DNA of 64,000 nucleotides from Fibrobacterales bacterium (GTDB lineage Bacteria; Fibrobacterota; Fibrobacteria; Fibrobacterales; JAOPTW01): NCBI GenBank assembly GCA_051532035.1, contig JAOPTW010000013.1, positions 96,001 to 160,000 of the forward strand, read 5' to 3'. Shown piece by piece: positions 21,112 to 31,668 of this stretch (position 1 is its first letter; each line of letters starts with the position of its first letter). The notes under the pieces were generated by a model. It saw only the letters and a program-made list of their open reading frames with translations, ran no database searches and was not told where the DNA came from. The position numbers and the translations under genes were made by a program.

Positions 21112-22107
21112 TTAATAAAAATAGCCGTACTTACCAGAGTCAAGCCTCTTAAATCGGTACCATCGGTCAAAGCTATATTCACCGCCTGCCACCGCTCCAA
21201 AATTCCAGCTATCAGATAAAGAGATTAATTGAGCGACAAAGAGCGGGTTTTCACTTTCATCAATAATAGGGAGTGCAATGTTAACAGAACCATCAGCATT
21301 AATAACATAGCGAATGAGTATATGAGCACCTTCAAGCTTGTATCTTTTATGTAATAAGGGCACTGACCCACCAGGTCCACTGCTATAGAGCTTTACATAA
21401 TGGATGTATCGTCGTTTCCATTGAGACCCATAGCTATCAATAATTGAGTCAACGGTATTGTAGTCCCGAGAATCACCAAAACGCTTATACAATGAATCAA
21501 TATAGGTTTCGGTAATGCCATTTTCTGTATCGGCAAAAAATACCGGTTCAATAGTCCCACTGTCTTTCTCAATAATGAATCTATTCCCCTGTACATCGGT
21601 ATACATTTCTTCTATCACTGTCCCTTTAGTAGTCACGCTCAGAAGTTTACTGCCATCAGCATAGCGGATTTCTTGTTTCTCGTTTCTTTCCTGATGTGCA
21701 TATTCGGAATAGATCGTGTCTCCATCCATTATGTATTTTAAAGTATCATGGCCCAGTATGGAATCACTTTTTTGATAGAGAATTGTTGACCATCCATCCC
21801 TATCAAAATAGTGTTCAGTTCCTCTTTGAATCTGCCCATTACTATAGGTTAGAATGCTCTTAATTTTTCCATTTCGGTAATACTCTTTATACGCTCCGTC
21901 AATATGCCCATTTTGAAAAGGGATCTCATAGAGGGGCGTGCCCGCGGTGTCATACACTGTATATTGGTAGTCTGGGATTGTTGATCGATATTGATGAGTA
22001 CAGCCTGAGAGGAGTATAACGCAACAACTCACTACTATTAATGTTGAGGCGTGCTTTAACAAATCTACACCATTCGGGTTTAACAGTAAGGGTTTAATAA
22101 CGGACAC
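21112..22107 (-). CDS. Lipoprotein with MORN-variant repeats and a TonB-C-like C-terminal domain
   Basis: LLSGC lipobox; DGAYKEYYRNGKIKS repeat; C-terminal IRYVINADGSV...WNFG. Confidence 0.6.
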   Translation of the reverse strand: MSVIKPLLLNPNGVDLLKHASTLIVVSCCVILLSGCTHQYRSTIPDYQYTVYDTAGTPLYEIPFQNGHIDGAYKEYYRNGKIKSILTYSNGQIQRGTEHYFDRDGWSTILYQKSDSILGHDTLKYIMDGDTIYSEYAHQERNEKQEIRYADGSKLLSVTTKGTVIEEMYTDVQGNRFIIEKDSGTIEPVFFADTENGITETYIDSLYKRFGDSRDYNTVDSIIDSYGSQWKRRYIHYVKLYSSGPGGSVPLLHKRYKLEGAHILIRYVINADGSVNIALPIIDESENPLFVAQLISLSDSWNFGAVAGGEYSFDRWYRFKRLDSGKYGYFY

Positions 22108-22172
22108 TTATTCCTACACAAATTCAAATACATTCGACAGGAGTTAAATATAATAATAACAGAGTAGGTTAT

Positions 22173-25100
22173 CTACTCATCCCACTCACAGCTTTCCCTT
22201 GAGCGGGCGACGCCCATGTTTCTATTGAATATTGTTTTAAGGCCATTATCAAACTGTATAATCACATTCCAGTGATACACACCGCTCCCTACCCTTCTAC
22301 CGTGCGAGTCTTTTATGTTCCAATAGAGGTCATTTAAAACCGAGCCTTTGGTATCAATATCTTGGAGTCGGGCACTATTTTCTAGTTCGCCACAATCGCC
22401 AAAACGCTGTTGCCAATGGGCAATATGTTGACCGAGATGATCAGAAACATGCACCGATGCAGTGTAGGGACCTTGGTCAACAAAACTACTGACCACTAGT
22501 GAAGCACCACAGGCAGGAATATAGGCAATAGCATCTTGAGTATCTTCACAGGTTGCTTGGTCATCATAAGCTCCCTCTGAAAAGTTCCATGCCGGGACCC
22601 AAGTGTCATTTAACTCGATAGAGACAACAATAGTCTCATCAAGGGGCTCATTATCTTCATCTAAAACAGGGATAGTAATGGTAGGGAGTTGATTATAGGT
22701 GACGTCTCCGACTCCTATAACAGAAGATCTAAAAATAGAATGGACACTAATATCTTCACGAGACTCACCGGTAACTACAACTGCTGTTTGCGCAATTTCA
22801 TTCCCCTTCTTATCCTCTACGCCACTGTTGATAACAAATGCGACTGAATCCCCCAGGTTGATCCGAGTAGCTGCATTGCGATAATCAGGAACAATTTTCC
22901 AGGTGTAATCATCATACACATCAACAATGTGGTCTTTTAGAATGAGATTTCGTGCATGCCCCTCTTCAGAAATTATCTGTAAGAGTATGCCATTTGTGCG
23001 ATCAAAAGTGACCTTTTCGGAAAGATACAGAAAGAGTGTATCGGACTGGTCAATAATTTGAGTAGAGTCATCATCAATTTTAACAGCATAATAAGGATAT
23101 TCAGAAGGTTTGATGACTGCTTCAACAATCACCGGACTCACACGATCGGTTATCTTGGTATCTTTTCCATTATAGGTCACAAAAGGGGGATTATCTTCAG
23201 AAGCTTCGGTACCTCTTTTAAGTTTACCGGTTAAATCAATGCGCACTATATTGGTGTCAATCCAATCCATCATATCAGCATCAGCATCAATATCATCCTG
23301 CCCCTCCTTTGGCCAATCAATAGAAGTGACCTCCTCATTACGGTTGTCCGGAACACGATTAAAGGTTACCTCCATAGTCTCTGCGGTACCGTCACCATCA
23401 GTGTCGAATATTTCTGCAAGAACAATACGCGGTGACACGCATGATTTTACGACAACAGTTACAGTATCTTGGCAGAAAACATCATCTGCCCATGGGTCAC
23501 TCGGCGTCTCTTTAATAGCATTATTATAAGAAACAATGAATGATGTTGTCTGAAGAGGCGATACTAAAGGTGCACTCTGCGTTATCTTATCAGAAGAAGC
23601 ATCAACAGAGTACCACTCATAAAAGTCACCACGGCCATCCGCACTCAACGTGACAGACTCGCCTGCACAAATAGTATCCTGAGTTACAGCGGCTTGAAGC
23701 CGACATTCTCCACAGTTCTCAGCAATCACTACTACTTCACTGTTTACTTCGCAGTGTCCATCGTCGTAATCAACATCAAACACCAGTGAATCTTTATTGA
23801 GAGGCAGGTCTACGATAGGAGTAGCACTGCTCGTTGAGTTGAGATACGAAGTATTACTGGTCCAGGTTACATATTGATCGATATCCCCGGCATTATACGC
23901 ATCTTTGTAGGGGTTAAGCGTGAGTGTATCTCCCTGACAGCCCATAAAGCGATTACTAAAAACATCATCGATATGGTCGACTTTAATCGTGAGGTCAAGG
24001 GTTTCATCCTCATCAGAACACTCATTACCTTTAACGGTTACACTAAAGTCAAAGGGCCCATTGCCATTACCTGTTTGATGATAGAACTCGAGAGTGTCCT
24101 CGGATATTTCTTTCACAAATGGTTCAATGCTTTGAGTGTCCCAATCAAAAGAGGTACCACCCGTTGCGATAATGGGTACTCTGTTTTTACACCGAAGGGT
24201 GTAGTTGTAATTACCTAAATCCTTAATACCAGCCCGAGGCTTAACCGAGTAAAAACTCGAGAAGTATCCTACTTTGGAGCCTGAACCATTTGATTCATCG
24301 ACGCCGAGGTGAAAGCGATCTTGACCAGACAGTGAAAGGTCGTTTTTGATACGTAGGGCCGCCCCCTTTTGTAACAGGTCTCTAAATTGTGAGCGGTCAT
24401 TGAGATAGACCCATTCGCCATCGGGATCACCAGCATCATCAAAAGCATTTCTTGAGAGTGTCGTAAAACTTGAGTTATCGATAGAGTACTCAAAATTTGC
24501 CGCAATACTTTTTTTGGCCAATAAATTAATGTTAAATCGGTCGGTGCCTGAAGGGTCTTGAGTTCTTGTGACGGTAACATCACTTGAACCAGTACACGTA
24601 ATGGGTGGCAGTACCGAGCCCCCTACTTCACGCCCCGTACCTGTTCCTTGAAACACATGTACTTTTTTGTTCCGTTCCTTTACTTCAAAATAGTTAGCCC
24701 CTTCACTCATAGGTATTCCCAGTACGTCACCTTTACCATCAAGAGCATACTCAGTACCATTGTAAAGGATTGTCGTCGTACCATTATCAATCGCGGTTAC
24801 AAAAGCAGTTTCTATGAGCCCATTATCCATAAGTCCATCATTATCGCTATCAAACTCACCTGCGCTTAATGTTCCAGAAATATAGATATACTCGCGACCG
24901 CCTAATTCATCGGGAACAAGCTGATCTCCCAAAGCATCTCTCCCACTAGGAGAGTGACTATCCCCATCAACTGAATCGTCTTTATACATAATGACAATGG
25001 GTTTATCAGACTCAACATAGCTCCCCCCTACATGATCATAACTAAGAATTGCATCAGTTTTACGGGCCGCTGCAGTAAAGCTCTCTCCTTTATTGAGTAC

Positions 25101-25775
25101 AATCTGAATTGCCGCTCCTTTATCATGCCCCTCAATATCAATACTCAAATCAATAGTAATGCGGGTAGAGTCTTCTGTCGCAACAATATCAAAACTATTC
25201 GTTGCATCTCTAAAGGTACCGTTTCTCCAGCGATCACGACCGGGAATAGTAAAGGAGTACCCAAGAGCACTTTCTCCTTTGAGAGATAATATATCCCTAT
25301 TGGCATTACCATAGCGATCGATATAGGCACTAAAACGTGCATCACCACCAGAGGTTAGAGCCCGAGAGGTTATATGAATACCTCGATCATCGAGAATACC
25401 TAATCTACCGGGCAAGCCACTCTCTATTGAGTTTGAACTGTTGTTTGCAATAGTGGGGAGTTCAATAGCACCTGACATACCCGCTTCAATAACCACAGAA
25501 CCAATTTCAATATTTTGTGCGGGCATAGAGGCGGTAACCTCAATTTTCCCCCCAAGAGAAGCAAATTGTAAGGTTCCGTAGTTTGCACCATGATGCGTGG
25601 TCAATGAAGGAACCGCTGCCCAATATTCAAGATAGGTCTGTTGCTCTGCAAACAGTGCCGAAACACAAACTCCAATAAGAAAAACCAATGAACGAATGTC
25701 ATTTTTAAGATGCTGCATTTGTGTCCCCGAAAAATAATACATTAAACTCCTTTCCCCAAAGAGAGTTATCCCCAT
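22173..25775 (-). CDS. Large secreted protein: IgGFc-binding-like N-terminal domain, Ig-like repeats, Fibrobacter-type C-terminal domain
   Basis: LKGESALGYSF, FDIVATEDSTRITI, GGSYVESDKPI, DQLVP; Ig-like TICAGESVTLSA; C-terminal LYWNIKDSHGRRVGSGVY. Confidence 0.7.
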   Translation of the reverse strand: MGITLFGERSLMYYFSGTQMQHLKNDIRSLVFLIGVCVSALFAEQQTYLEYWAAVPSLTTHHGANYGTLQFASLGGKIEVTASMPAQNIEIGSVVIEAGMSGAIELPTIANNSSNSIESGLPGRLGILDDRGIHITSRALTSGGDARFSAYIDRYGNANRDILSLKGESALGYSFTIPGRDRWRNGTFRDATNSFDIVATEDSTRITIDLSIDIEGHDKGAAIQIVLNKGESFTAAARKTDAILSYDHVGGSYVESDKPIVIMYKDDSVDGDSHSPSGRDALGDQLVPDELGGREYIYISGTLSAGEFDSDNDGLMDNGLIETAFVTAIDNGTTTILYNGTEYALDGKGDVLGIPMSEGANYFEVKERNKKVHVFQGTGTGREVGGSVLPPITCTGSSDVTVTRTQDPSGTDRFNINLLAKKSIAANFEYSIDNSSFTTLSRNAFDDAGDPDGEWVYLNDRSQFRDLLQKGAALRIKNDLSLSGQDRFHLGVDESNGSGSKVGYFSSFYSVKPRAGIKDLGNYNYTLRCKNRVPIIATGGTSFDWDTQSIEPFVKEISEDTLEFYHQTGNGNGPFDFSVTVKGNECSDEDETLDLTIKVDHIDDVFSNRFMGCQGDTLTLNPYKDAYNAGDIDQYVTWTSNTSYLNSTSSATPIVDLPLNKDSLVFDVDYDDGHCEVNSEVVVIAENCGECRLQAAVTQDTICAGESVTLSADGRGDFYEWYSVDASSDKITQSAPLVSPLQTTSFIVSYNNAIKETPSDPWADDVFCQDTVTVVVKSCVSPRIVLAEIFDTDGDGTAETMEVTFNRVPDNRNEEVTSIDWPKEGQDDIDADADMMDWIDTNIVRIDLTGKLKRGTEASEDNPPFVTYNGKDTKITDRVSPVIVEAVIKPSEYPYYAVKIDDDSTQIIDQSDTLFLYLSEKVTFDRTNGILLQIISEEGHARNLILKDHIVDVYDDYTWKIVPDYRNAATRINLGDSVAFVINSGVEDKKGNEIAQTAVVVTGESREDISVHSIFRSSVIGVGDVTYNQLPTITIPVLDEDNEPLDETIVVSIELNDTWVPAWNFSEGAYDDQATCEDTQDAIAYIPACGASLVVSSFVDQGPYTASVHVSDHLGQHIAHWQQRFGDCGELENSARLQDIDTKGSVLNDLYWNIKDSHGRRVGSGVYHWNVIIQFDNGLKTIFNRNMGVARSRESCEWDE

Positions 25776-25944
25776 TAATATATCTAAAACAGCCCAATAT
25801 CATAGTAAAAGTCATGAAATTGGGCTGTTTGGATGGTTTTTATGCTGTCAGCCTGTACTGTAATCCCCCCGTTCCAAAAAGGATACAAGTAAAACAATTA
25901 CTTGTGACATCACTGCCATTTCGGAGAGATTACTAAGCGGACGA

Positions 25945-26736
25945 TTATAAATTAATAGCTAAACCAATCGCTAATCCCCATGAATCGATTCCAATATCAT
26001 AATATTGTTCTCTGTAACTTGTTGTTCCAGTACTCGTATAGGTACCTTCTTCATCTACGAACTTTGTAGTTCTGGTATATTCTTCACCACTCCCATCTTT
26101 TGATGTTCGTTTTTCTTCGAGCATCGAGCTCGTAGCTAAACGATAGAAGAGATTGGCGTTGAGAGCAACTCCATCAGATAACGGTATATATAAGCCGACT
26201 TTAGATTCAGCACCTAGCCCTAAACCTAAATCAAGCACACTATTGGATGTATCTTCTGGACCCTCATTATAACTATAGGTATATTCTCTTTCATAAGACA
26301 AAAAATAATTCACTAACAATGCTGCACTAATGTAAGGCTGTACAGAAAAACTTTTATCTACCATATAAAACCCAAAAGTCAAGGGAATGAATGATGCTGT
26401 TATAGAATTTTTATCAACATCAATATATTCCTCGTCAACGCTTTTACTTTCACTCTCAATAGTTGTAGTATTGTATGAGATGGAACTGAGAAAGCCAAAA
26501 TTTTCTGAGATAGATTTTTTAAAAACAAACTCAAGACCGATACCGCCACCAGGCATCGCAGACTGTTTTTCAAATTTCTTAATTTTTAAATCACCATCAT
26601 CTGTTGTTTCAGATGTAACGGAATTTGCATTCAATTCGCTTAATCCAAACCCATAGCGTCCGTTAAATTCAATATCAATACCTTCACAAAAAACGGATTG
26701 TGTAACTAGAACTAATAAAACAATAATTTTCTTCAT
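25945..26736 (-). CDS. Outer-membrane beta-barrel protein
   Basis: Signal peptide, amphipathic strands, terminal WGLAIGLAINL. Confidence 0.75.
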   Translation of the reverse strand: MKKIIVLLVLVTQSVFCEGIDIEFNGRYGFGLSELNANSVTSETTDDGDLKIKKFEKQSAMPGGGIGLEFVFKKSISENFGFLSSISYNTTTIESESKSVDEEYIDVDKNSITASFIPLTFGFYMVDKSFSVQPYISAALLVNYFLSYEREYTYSYNEGPEDTSNSVLDLGLGLGAESKVGLYIPLSDGVALNANLFYRLATSSMLEEKRTSKDGSGEEYTRTTKFVDEEGTYTSTGTTSYREQYYDIGIDSWGLAIGLAINL

Positions 26737-27148
26737 TGTACCCTCTCTAAATTAATAAATAATACGGCTCTAAGAATGGAGAGCCAAACCGCGCCCAATA
26801 TACGTTTATAAGGCTTTAATGTCATCAGTAGTACTTGTAATAGGAATGTCGACATTAAAAAAGTCCCTCATTTTAATAGGAACATCCATGAATAGCCATC
26901 TTGCTTAACACTAGTAAGCAACCGAATCCAAACTTCGCAAATATTTGTTTCAACTTAAAAGAGCAATGAGCATATCTTCCAAATAATTACATATTAAATG
27001 GGACGCACAATGTATGGTGATTCCATAAATAGAAGATACTATCTATAACACTCTTACTATTTCAGAAAAGGTTACCCCATCAAAACAAAAAGTGCCCATT
27101 ATACAACAGGCACTATCTAGATTAATCTTAATGAGTACTCATAAAGAA

Positions 27149-28114
27149 TTATGGGATAATATAACAAGCCTCAAAGCCGACCATGTTCTCTACACCGCTT
27201 ATGCAAATAACACCTGTAGGACATTGATAGCATCCACTATTTGGATTTTCTTCAGGTTCATCAACGGTTTCGACACTTGAGCTTGATTCTTTACTGGAAC
27301 TTGAATTCGAACGAGACACTGAACTTGAACTTACCGTAACATCTTCTTCACTAGAAACTGTAGGAGTCTTATGAGGATTCTCTACTTTTCTCATGACGTA
27401 ATTCCATTTGAAAAGGGTGCGTGTGTCAGCCACTGCCTTCCCCTCAGCGTCTTCAGTTATTTCTTCTGCAAGAATCAGATAATACGTATCGCCATCCTTA
27501 CCAACGTTATAATGGAGGTCACTCTCTTCAAAAACACCATTGGCTTCAGTATGACCAAAGCCGGATTTTAACACAAGTTCATCGCCATCAAAGGTGTAAC
27601 TGTATTCGTCGATTGCACTTCCTATGGTATGATGAATAAGGGTGCCATTTTTAAACTCAAATTGATAGTCATTACGGATGCGTGTCACTACCGAACGCTC
27701 CTGATATAATGTACTGCCTGCCTTCATTTTATAATCATATTCTAAGAAAAGAGTATCGAGTTCAAAATAGAACCCTTCAAGTTCAGAAGCACTCACAAAA
27801 TCGAGCTCAGCCATTAGGCGACGGGTTTGTTGACGTGGGTGATTGTTATCATTGTCTAAAAATTCTGTAGGCTCTGCAAATGGATCAGAGCTTGAGCTTT
27901 GGGTATCGACTTGATTATCGTTTTCTGAGCTGATATCAGGGAGTGCCCCACCTATGCTACTTTGACTCTCAGTATTTACTATCACCTTTTCTGAATCACT
28001 TGAAGATATATCAGCAAAACTCTCCGAGCTTAAGGGTTCATTTTCTACGGCGTCAAGTTCACAGCCAGTAAATAGTAAGAGTAGTGTTATTGTAAATAGT
28101 AGGAGTGTCTTCAT
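27149..28114 (-). CDS. Hypothetical lipoprotein with Ser-rich linkers and a Cys-rich C-terminal tip
   Basis: MKTLLLFTITLLLLFTGC lipobox; ends GCYQCPTGVIC...ACYIIP. Confidence 0.75.
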   Translation of the reverse strand: MKTLLLFTITLLLLFTGCELDAVENEPLSSESFADISSSDSEKVIVNTESQSSIGGALPDISSENDNQVDTQSSSSDPFAEPTEFLDNDNNHPRQQTRRLMAELDFVSASELEGFYFELDTLFLEYDYKMKAGSTLYQERSVVTRIRNDYQFEFKNGTLIHHTIGSAIDEYSYTFDGDELVLKSGFGHTEANGVFEESDLHYNVGKDGDTYYLILAEEITEDAEGKAVADTRTLFKWNYVMRKVENPHKTPTVSSEEDVTVSSSSVSRSNSSSSKESSSSVETVDEPEENPNSGCYQCPTGVICISGVENMVGFEACYIIP

Positions 28115-28438
28115 TTTGCCCTCTCAATGTATTTGAATTACCAGGGCATTGTATAAAATAATGTTTGAATTGCGCCCTCTTACCAAGTGTAGAAAATATA
28201 AAGTAAGATCTAGGTGGATTTAACATAGCAAAGCGTATCATTCCTCCCACAAAGTGTCATTTTTACAGTTTAAACGCACATTTGAGCGAATTGTAAAGTT
28301 TGCATACGCTTACATTAGAAGTATTGTACTTCAATAAAAACCTATGTAGCTTGTTTCATGAAATAGTATTCTGGGGCACACTATTTTACAGTACATACAA
28401 TACACATACGCCCTTTGAAATAATCACAAAGGAAAATA

Positions 28439-30034
28439 ATGAAACATATTCAATCGTTATCAAAACTGAAGGCAGTCGTTTTCAGTGGAATTCTCATGGC
28501 AGCAACAACCCTCTCGGCACAAAACAGCTGGGAAACAATTGATCAAGCTACTCTCAACACCCTAACCGCTGAAAGAACTGTCTCGGTAGCATCATCTTCT
28601 ACGGGAGACCTCTATTTTCTCACGAATAGAGTTGAAAATGAAAACCTCATACCAACACTCTACAAATTGGTGAGCGGACAGTGGACTGTTCAAGATAGTG
28701 ATGGTCTTTCTGGCTTAACGTATTTTGAGGCAAACCGCTTTTCTGTTAATCGTTCAGGAACGCCTACATTCAATAATGGTGATAATATTGCACTCTTTAA
28801 CGGGACCAATTGGGATATTGTCTGGAGTAGAACAGTCGAAATCGACATTGACGGTGCGCTCACTACTGACAACAATGGTGTTCCATATACCGTTATAAGA
28901 AGTGATGATGAACAATCAATTGAATGTATACGCTTTATTAATAATGCGTGGGAAGTCGTTGGCTCATCAGTAAGTAACACCTTTGAAACGGGAGTCATTG
29001 AAACATACTATACTCGAGTTGCCTTTGATGCAAACAATGTTCCGTACCTCAGTTACTGGCAGCGTTCAAGCTATAATCCAGGCGAACCTGCAATGGCATA
29101 TATAAAGCAACTTGTGGATAATTCTTGGAGTGACTACGCAGAAATGGACCGCTCTAATGGGTACCTGAGTGGGTTGTCTGAGCTTATGTTTACCGAAGAT
29201 GGTACACTCTATATGGCTACTGGTGTTTCTTATATTACTTATGGACGTGAACTCTACACATTGAACAGTGAAACTGGTGAATGGATTGGTACTGGTGCTC
29301 GCTATAGTCAAACACGCGGTATTGGCAATTTGGATTGGCCAGCAAAGGCTTCTGCAGATGGTTCTGTGATCTATTGGACACAACAACGCTATGCAAATGG
29401 TAATGCTTCTATGAAATACTCTACAGGTGGAGAATTTGAGTGGGTTAATGGAACCGATTGGGATGCGAGTGAATTTACTGATAGAAAGGCGTCGACTATC
29501 TCTATGGTAATTAATCAGTACAACAACCCTATTGTTGCTTATTTCACATCAGCAGAAACTATTGAGATTAAAAAAATGAGAATCTTCCCTGAGGGAGAAA
29601 CTGAATGGGACCCTACTGCAGAGTATCAAATCGTTAATAAACTGAGTGGAAAATGTCTTGATGTTGCTGAAGCGGCCCAATGGAATGGTGCCAATATACA
29701 GCAGTGGGATTGTTATGGCGGCCAAAATCAGCTCTGGAGCATCGTTACAGTAGGCGAGCATTATAAAATCATTAACAAACACAGCGGTAAAGCGTTAGAT
29801 ATCGCAGAGTGGTCGTGGAATAATGGTGGCAACATTCATCAGTGGGATTATGTGAATGGCGCTAACCAACAATGGTCTATCTCCCCTATTTCAGAATCAT
29901 ACTTCGCTATCGGTAGTGCTATGAACGAGAAAGTTCTTGATGTTGCAGCATGGTCAATAGACAATGGTGGGAATATCCATCAGTGGGACTTTGTGAATGG
30001 TGATAATCAGTTATGGGAAATTATTAAGAACTAA
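28439..30034 (+). CDS. Secreted beta-propeller-like protein with C-terminal ricin-B (CBM13-like) lectin domain
   Basis: Signal peptide; repeated strands containing NGVPY/NNVPY; three QxW subdomains (SGKCLDV..NIQQW..NQLW). Confidence 0.88.
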   Translation: MKHIQSLSKLKAVVFSGILMAATTLSAQNSWETIDQATLNTLTAERTVSVASSSTGDLYFLTNRVENENLIPTLYKLVSGQWTVQDSDGLSGLTYFEANRFSVNRSGTPTFNNGDNIALFNGTNWDIVWSRTVEIDIDGALTTDNNGVPYTVIRSDDEQSIECIRFINNAWEVVGSSVSNTFETGVIETYYTRVAFDANNVPYLSYWQRSSYNPGEPAMAYIKQLVDNSWSDYAEMDRSNGYLSGLSELMFTEDGTLYMATGVSYITYGRELYTLNSETGEWIGTGARYSQTRGIGNLDWPAKASADGSVIYWTQQRYANGNASMKYSTGGEFEWVNGTDWDASEFTDRKASTISMVINQYNNPIVAYFTSAETIEIKKMRIFPEGETEWDPTAEYQIVNKLSGKCLDVAEAAQWNGANIQQWDCYGGQNQLWSIVTVGEHYKIINKHSGKALDIAEWSWNNGGNIHQWDYVNGANQQWSISPISESYFAIGSAMNEKVLDVAAWSIDNGGNIHQWDFVNGDNQLWEIIKN

Positions 30035-30090
30035 TCAAGTAGGAGTAATTTATTAGTTTATCGAAAAAAGCCGAGTGTGTTACTCGGCTT
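29447..30090 (+). repeat. Direct repeat A, copy 1 (ricin gene 3' end plus terminator)
   Basis: Near-identical to 37526-38169, starting at AATGGAACCGATTGGGATGCGAGTGAATTTAC. Confidence 0.95.
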
Positions 30091-30094
30091 TTTT
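30064..30094. terminator. Bidirectional terminator
   Basis: AAAAAAGCCGAGT-GTGTT-ACTCGGCTTTTTT between convergent genes. Confidence 0.85.
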
Positions 30095-30144
30095 CGTGGG
30101 AGGTTTTTAAAATTTATGCATTGGCGAAATTAGATTAAAATTCG

Positions 30145-30513
30145 CTATTTCAGATTGACTACTTTAATTTCTCTCCATGTAGATAAACTAGGAAGAGCAC
30201 TATCTACATCATATGTAATATCTAAGGCAGCACCTGAATTTTTCGCATTTAGTAACAGTGTAAACATTGCACTATAAGAGGTTTCTTTAAGGTTAATGTA
30301 AAAAACTGTATTTGTATTACAAGTATTTTTAGGTATTAGAAGAATCTTATTCGATACATCAGCTCCAGTAGCACCATCATCTCTATCTCCTTCAACAATT
30401 AGGTTTTTAATTTGGACATCAACACATGTGCTAATGTCGCCTGCAAACGCATTCCCCGCAAAAACACTCGCAAGAAGAACTGCACCGATCATTATTTGTT
30501 TTAACATTTTCAT
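30145..30513 (-). CDS. Small secreted protein, paralogue 1 of 4 (AB5 B-subunit/OB-fold-like)
   Basis: Signal peptide ending AFA; two Cys; YSAMFTLLLNAKNSG helix motif shared with the other three paralogues. Confidence 0.8.
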   Translation of the reverse strand: MKMLKQIMIGAVLLASVFAGNAFAGDISTCVDVQIKNLIVEGDRDDGATGADVSNKILLIPKNTCNTNTVFYINLKETSYSAMFTLLLNAKNSGAALDITYDVDSALPSLSTWREIKVVNLK

Positions 30514-30574
30514 AATTTTTCCTTTTTAATTTTAGTTATTATATAAAGCACTCAGGAATAAAAAAATAATTTTC

Positions 30575-30940
30575 TTAGTAAATACTTACCCATAAAATTC
30601 TATTTGAATGAGATGTCTTTTCAGTTGCATCATTTGTATTTAGTAAAACCTTTAATGTTTTCCCAGAATTCTGTGCGTTTAGTATTAGAGTCAACATAGA
30701 GCTATAAGAGGGGCTATTAAAAGGAATATAAAAGTATACCTTATCCCCACATTGTGTGACTGGCTCAACCAAAAGTTTATTTTCCTGCGTTGCGCCTGAA
30801 ACAGAATCGTCCCTTTCTCCAATCGCAAAAATTTGTTTAATTTCTACTTTATCACAGAGTATAGTTTCTGCAAAGCTATTAGAAGAAAAAACAGTACCCA
30901 AAAGCACAGCACTGATCATTAAATTTTTAAACATTTTCAT
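30575..30940 (-). CDS. Small secreted protein, paralogue 2 of 4 (AB5 B-subunit/OB-fold-like)
   Basis: Signal peptide; CDKVEIK..GERDD..NKLLVEPVTQC..YSSMLTLILNAQNSGKTL. Confidence 0.8.
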   Translation of the reverse strand: MKMFKNLMISAVLLGTVFSSNSFAETILCDKVEIKQIFAIGERDDSVSGATQENKLLVEPVTQCGDKVYFYIPFNSPSYSSMLTLILNAQNSGKTLKVLLNTNDATEKTSHSNRILWVSIY

Positions 30941-30988
30941 AATTATTCCTTTTTTATTTTAGTTATTGTTTATTTGTTATATGAAATT

Positions 30989-31033
30989 TTAAGGCATCAC
31001 AATATTTTACATTACATCTGGTTGAAGGGCCAT
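30989..31033 (-). pseudogene. Degenerate remnant of the conserved C-terminal tail
   Basis: Translates MALQPDVM*NIVMP*, compared with IAIQPHVMQNIVIP* at the end of 39523..42534; same position upstream of a small paralogue. Confidence 0.7.
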
Positions 31034-31141
31034 TTTGTTTCATTGTAGATTCCTTTTGCTTTTGTAAAATGTATCAAAAAAATCCACTTACCTCTATGCC
31101 ATTTTTTGTTCAGATTTCCCAGACCGCCTCACAATTCACCA

Positions 31142-31175
31142 TTTATATTTATCATGTAAGCATGATAAATATAAA
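31142..31175. terminator. Perfect 15-bp AT-rich inverted repeat downstream of the immunity candidate
   Basis: TTTATATTTATCATG-TAAG-CATGATAAATATAAA. Confidence 0.5.
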
Positions 31176-31222
31176 AATCAAGGCCGATTAATTTTTTGCC
31201 CCCAACACGAAGAAATTTAAAT

Positions 31223-31636
31223 CTATTTCTTCAAACGAGCCATCCGCACAAGTAACTCTCTAATAAACAGTTCAAATAAAACCACACCAATCCCCAAAAC
31301 AAAAGTCATTGTTATAAAAGGTGATGCAAACATAACTAAAAAACTTTCGGGAAAATGATTTGTGTAAAAATCTAAAACCTTTGAGACATTACCTTGTTGA
31401 TAAATAGTTACAATAACAAACGATAAAAGGCTCGAAAAATAAGACCCAATACTAATCCATCCCCAATACCAGATATTTTTAGAACAAGCTTTTTCAAAAC
31501 ATTTATTTACAACCATTAAAAAAAGCATAAAAAATAAAAAGTAAAGGATAAAATATAACCATGTCAGAAACTCACTACCGGCCGATATTGAGCGTTTAAT
31601 AAAATCACGGTAGTCCGTACTAATAACAATACACAA
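31223..31636 (-). CDS. Multi-pass membrane protein, candidate RHS immunity protein
   Basis: Immediately downstream of the RHS gene; 3-4 hydrophobic segments; very AT-rich. Confidence 0.65.
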   Translation of the reverse strand: MCIVISTDYRDFIKRSISAGSEFLTWLYFILYFLFFMLFLMVVNKCFEKACSKNIWYWGWISIGSYFSSLLSFVIVTIYQQGNVSKVLDFYTNHFPESFLVMFASPFITMTFVLGIGVVLFELFIRELLVRMARLKK

Positions 31637-31668
31637 CCATATAATTGTCGAAAAAGTATTTAAACGAT

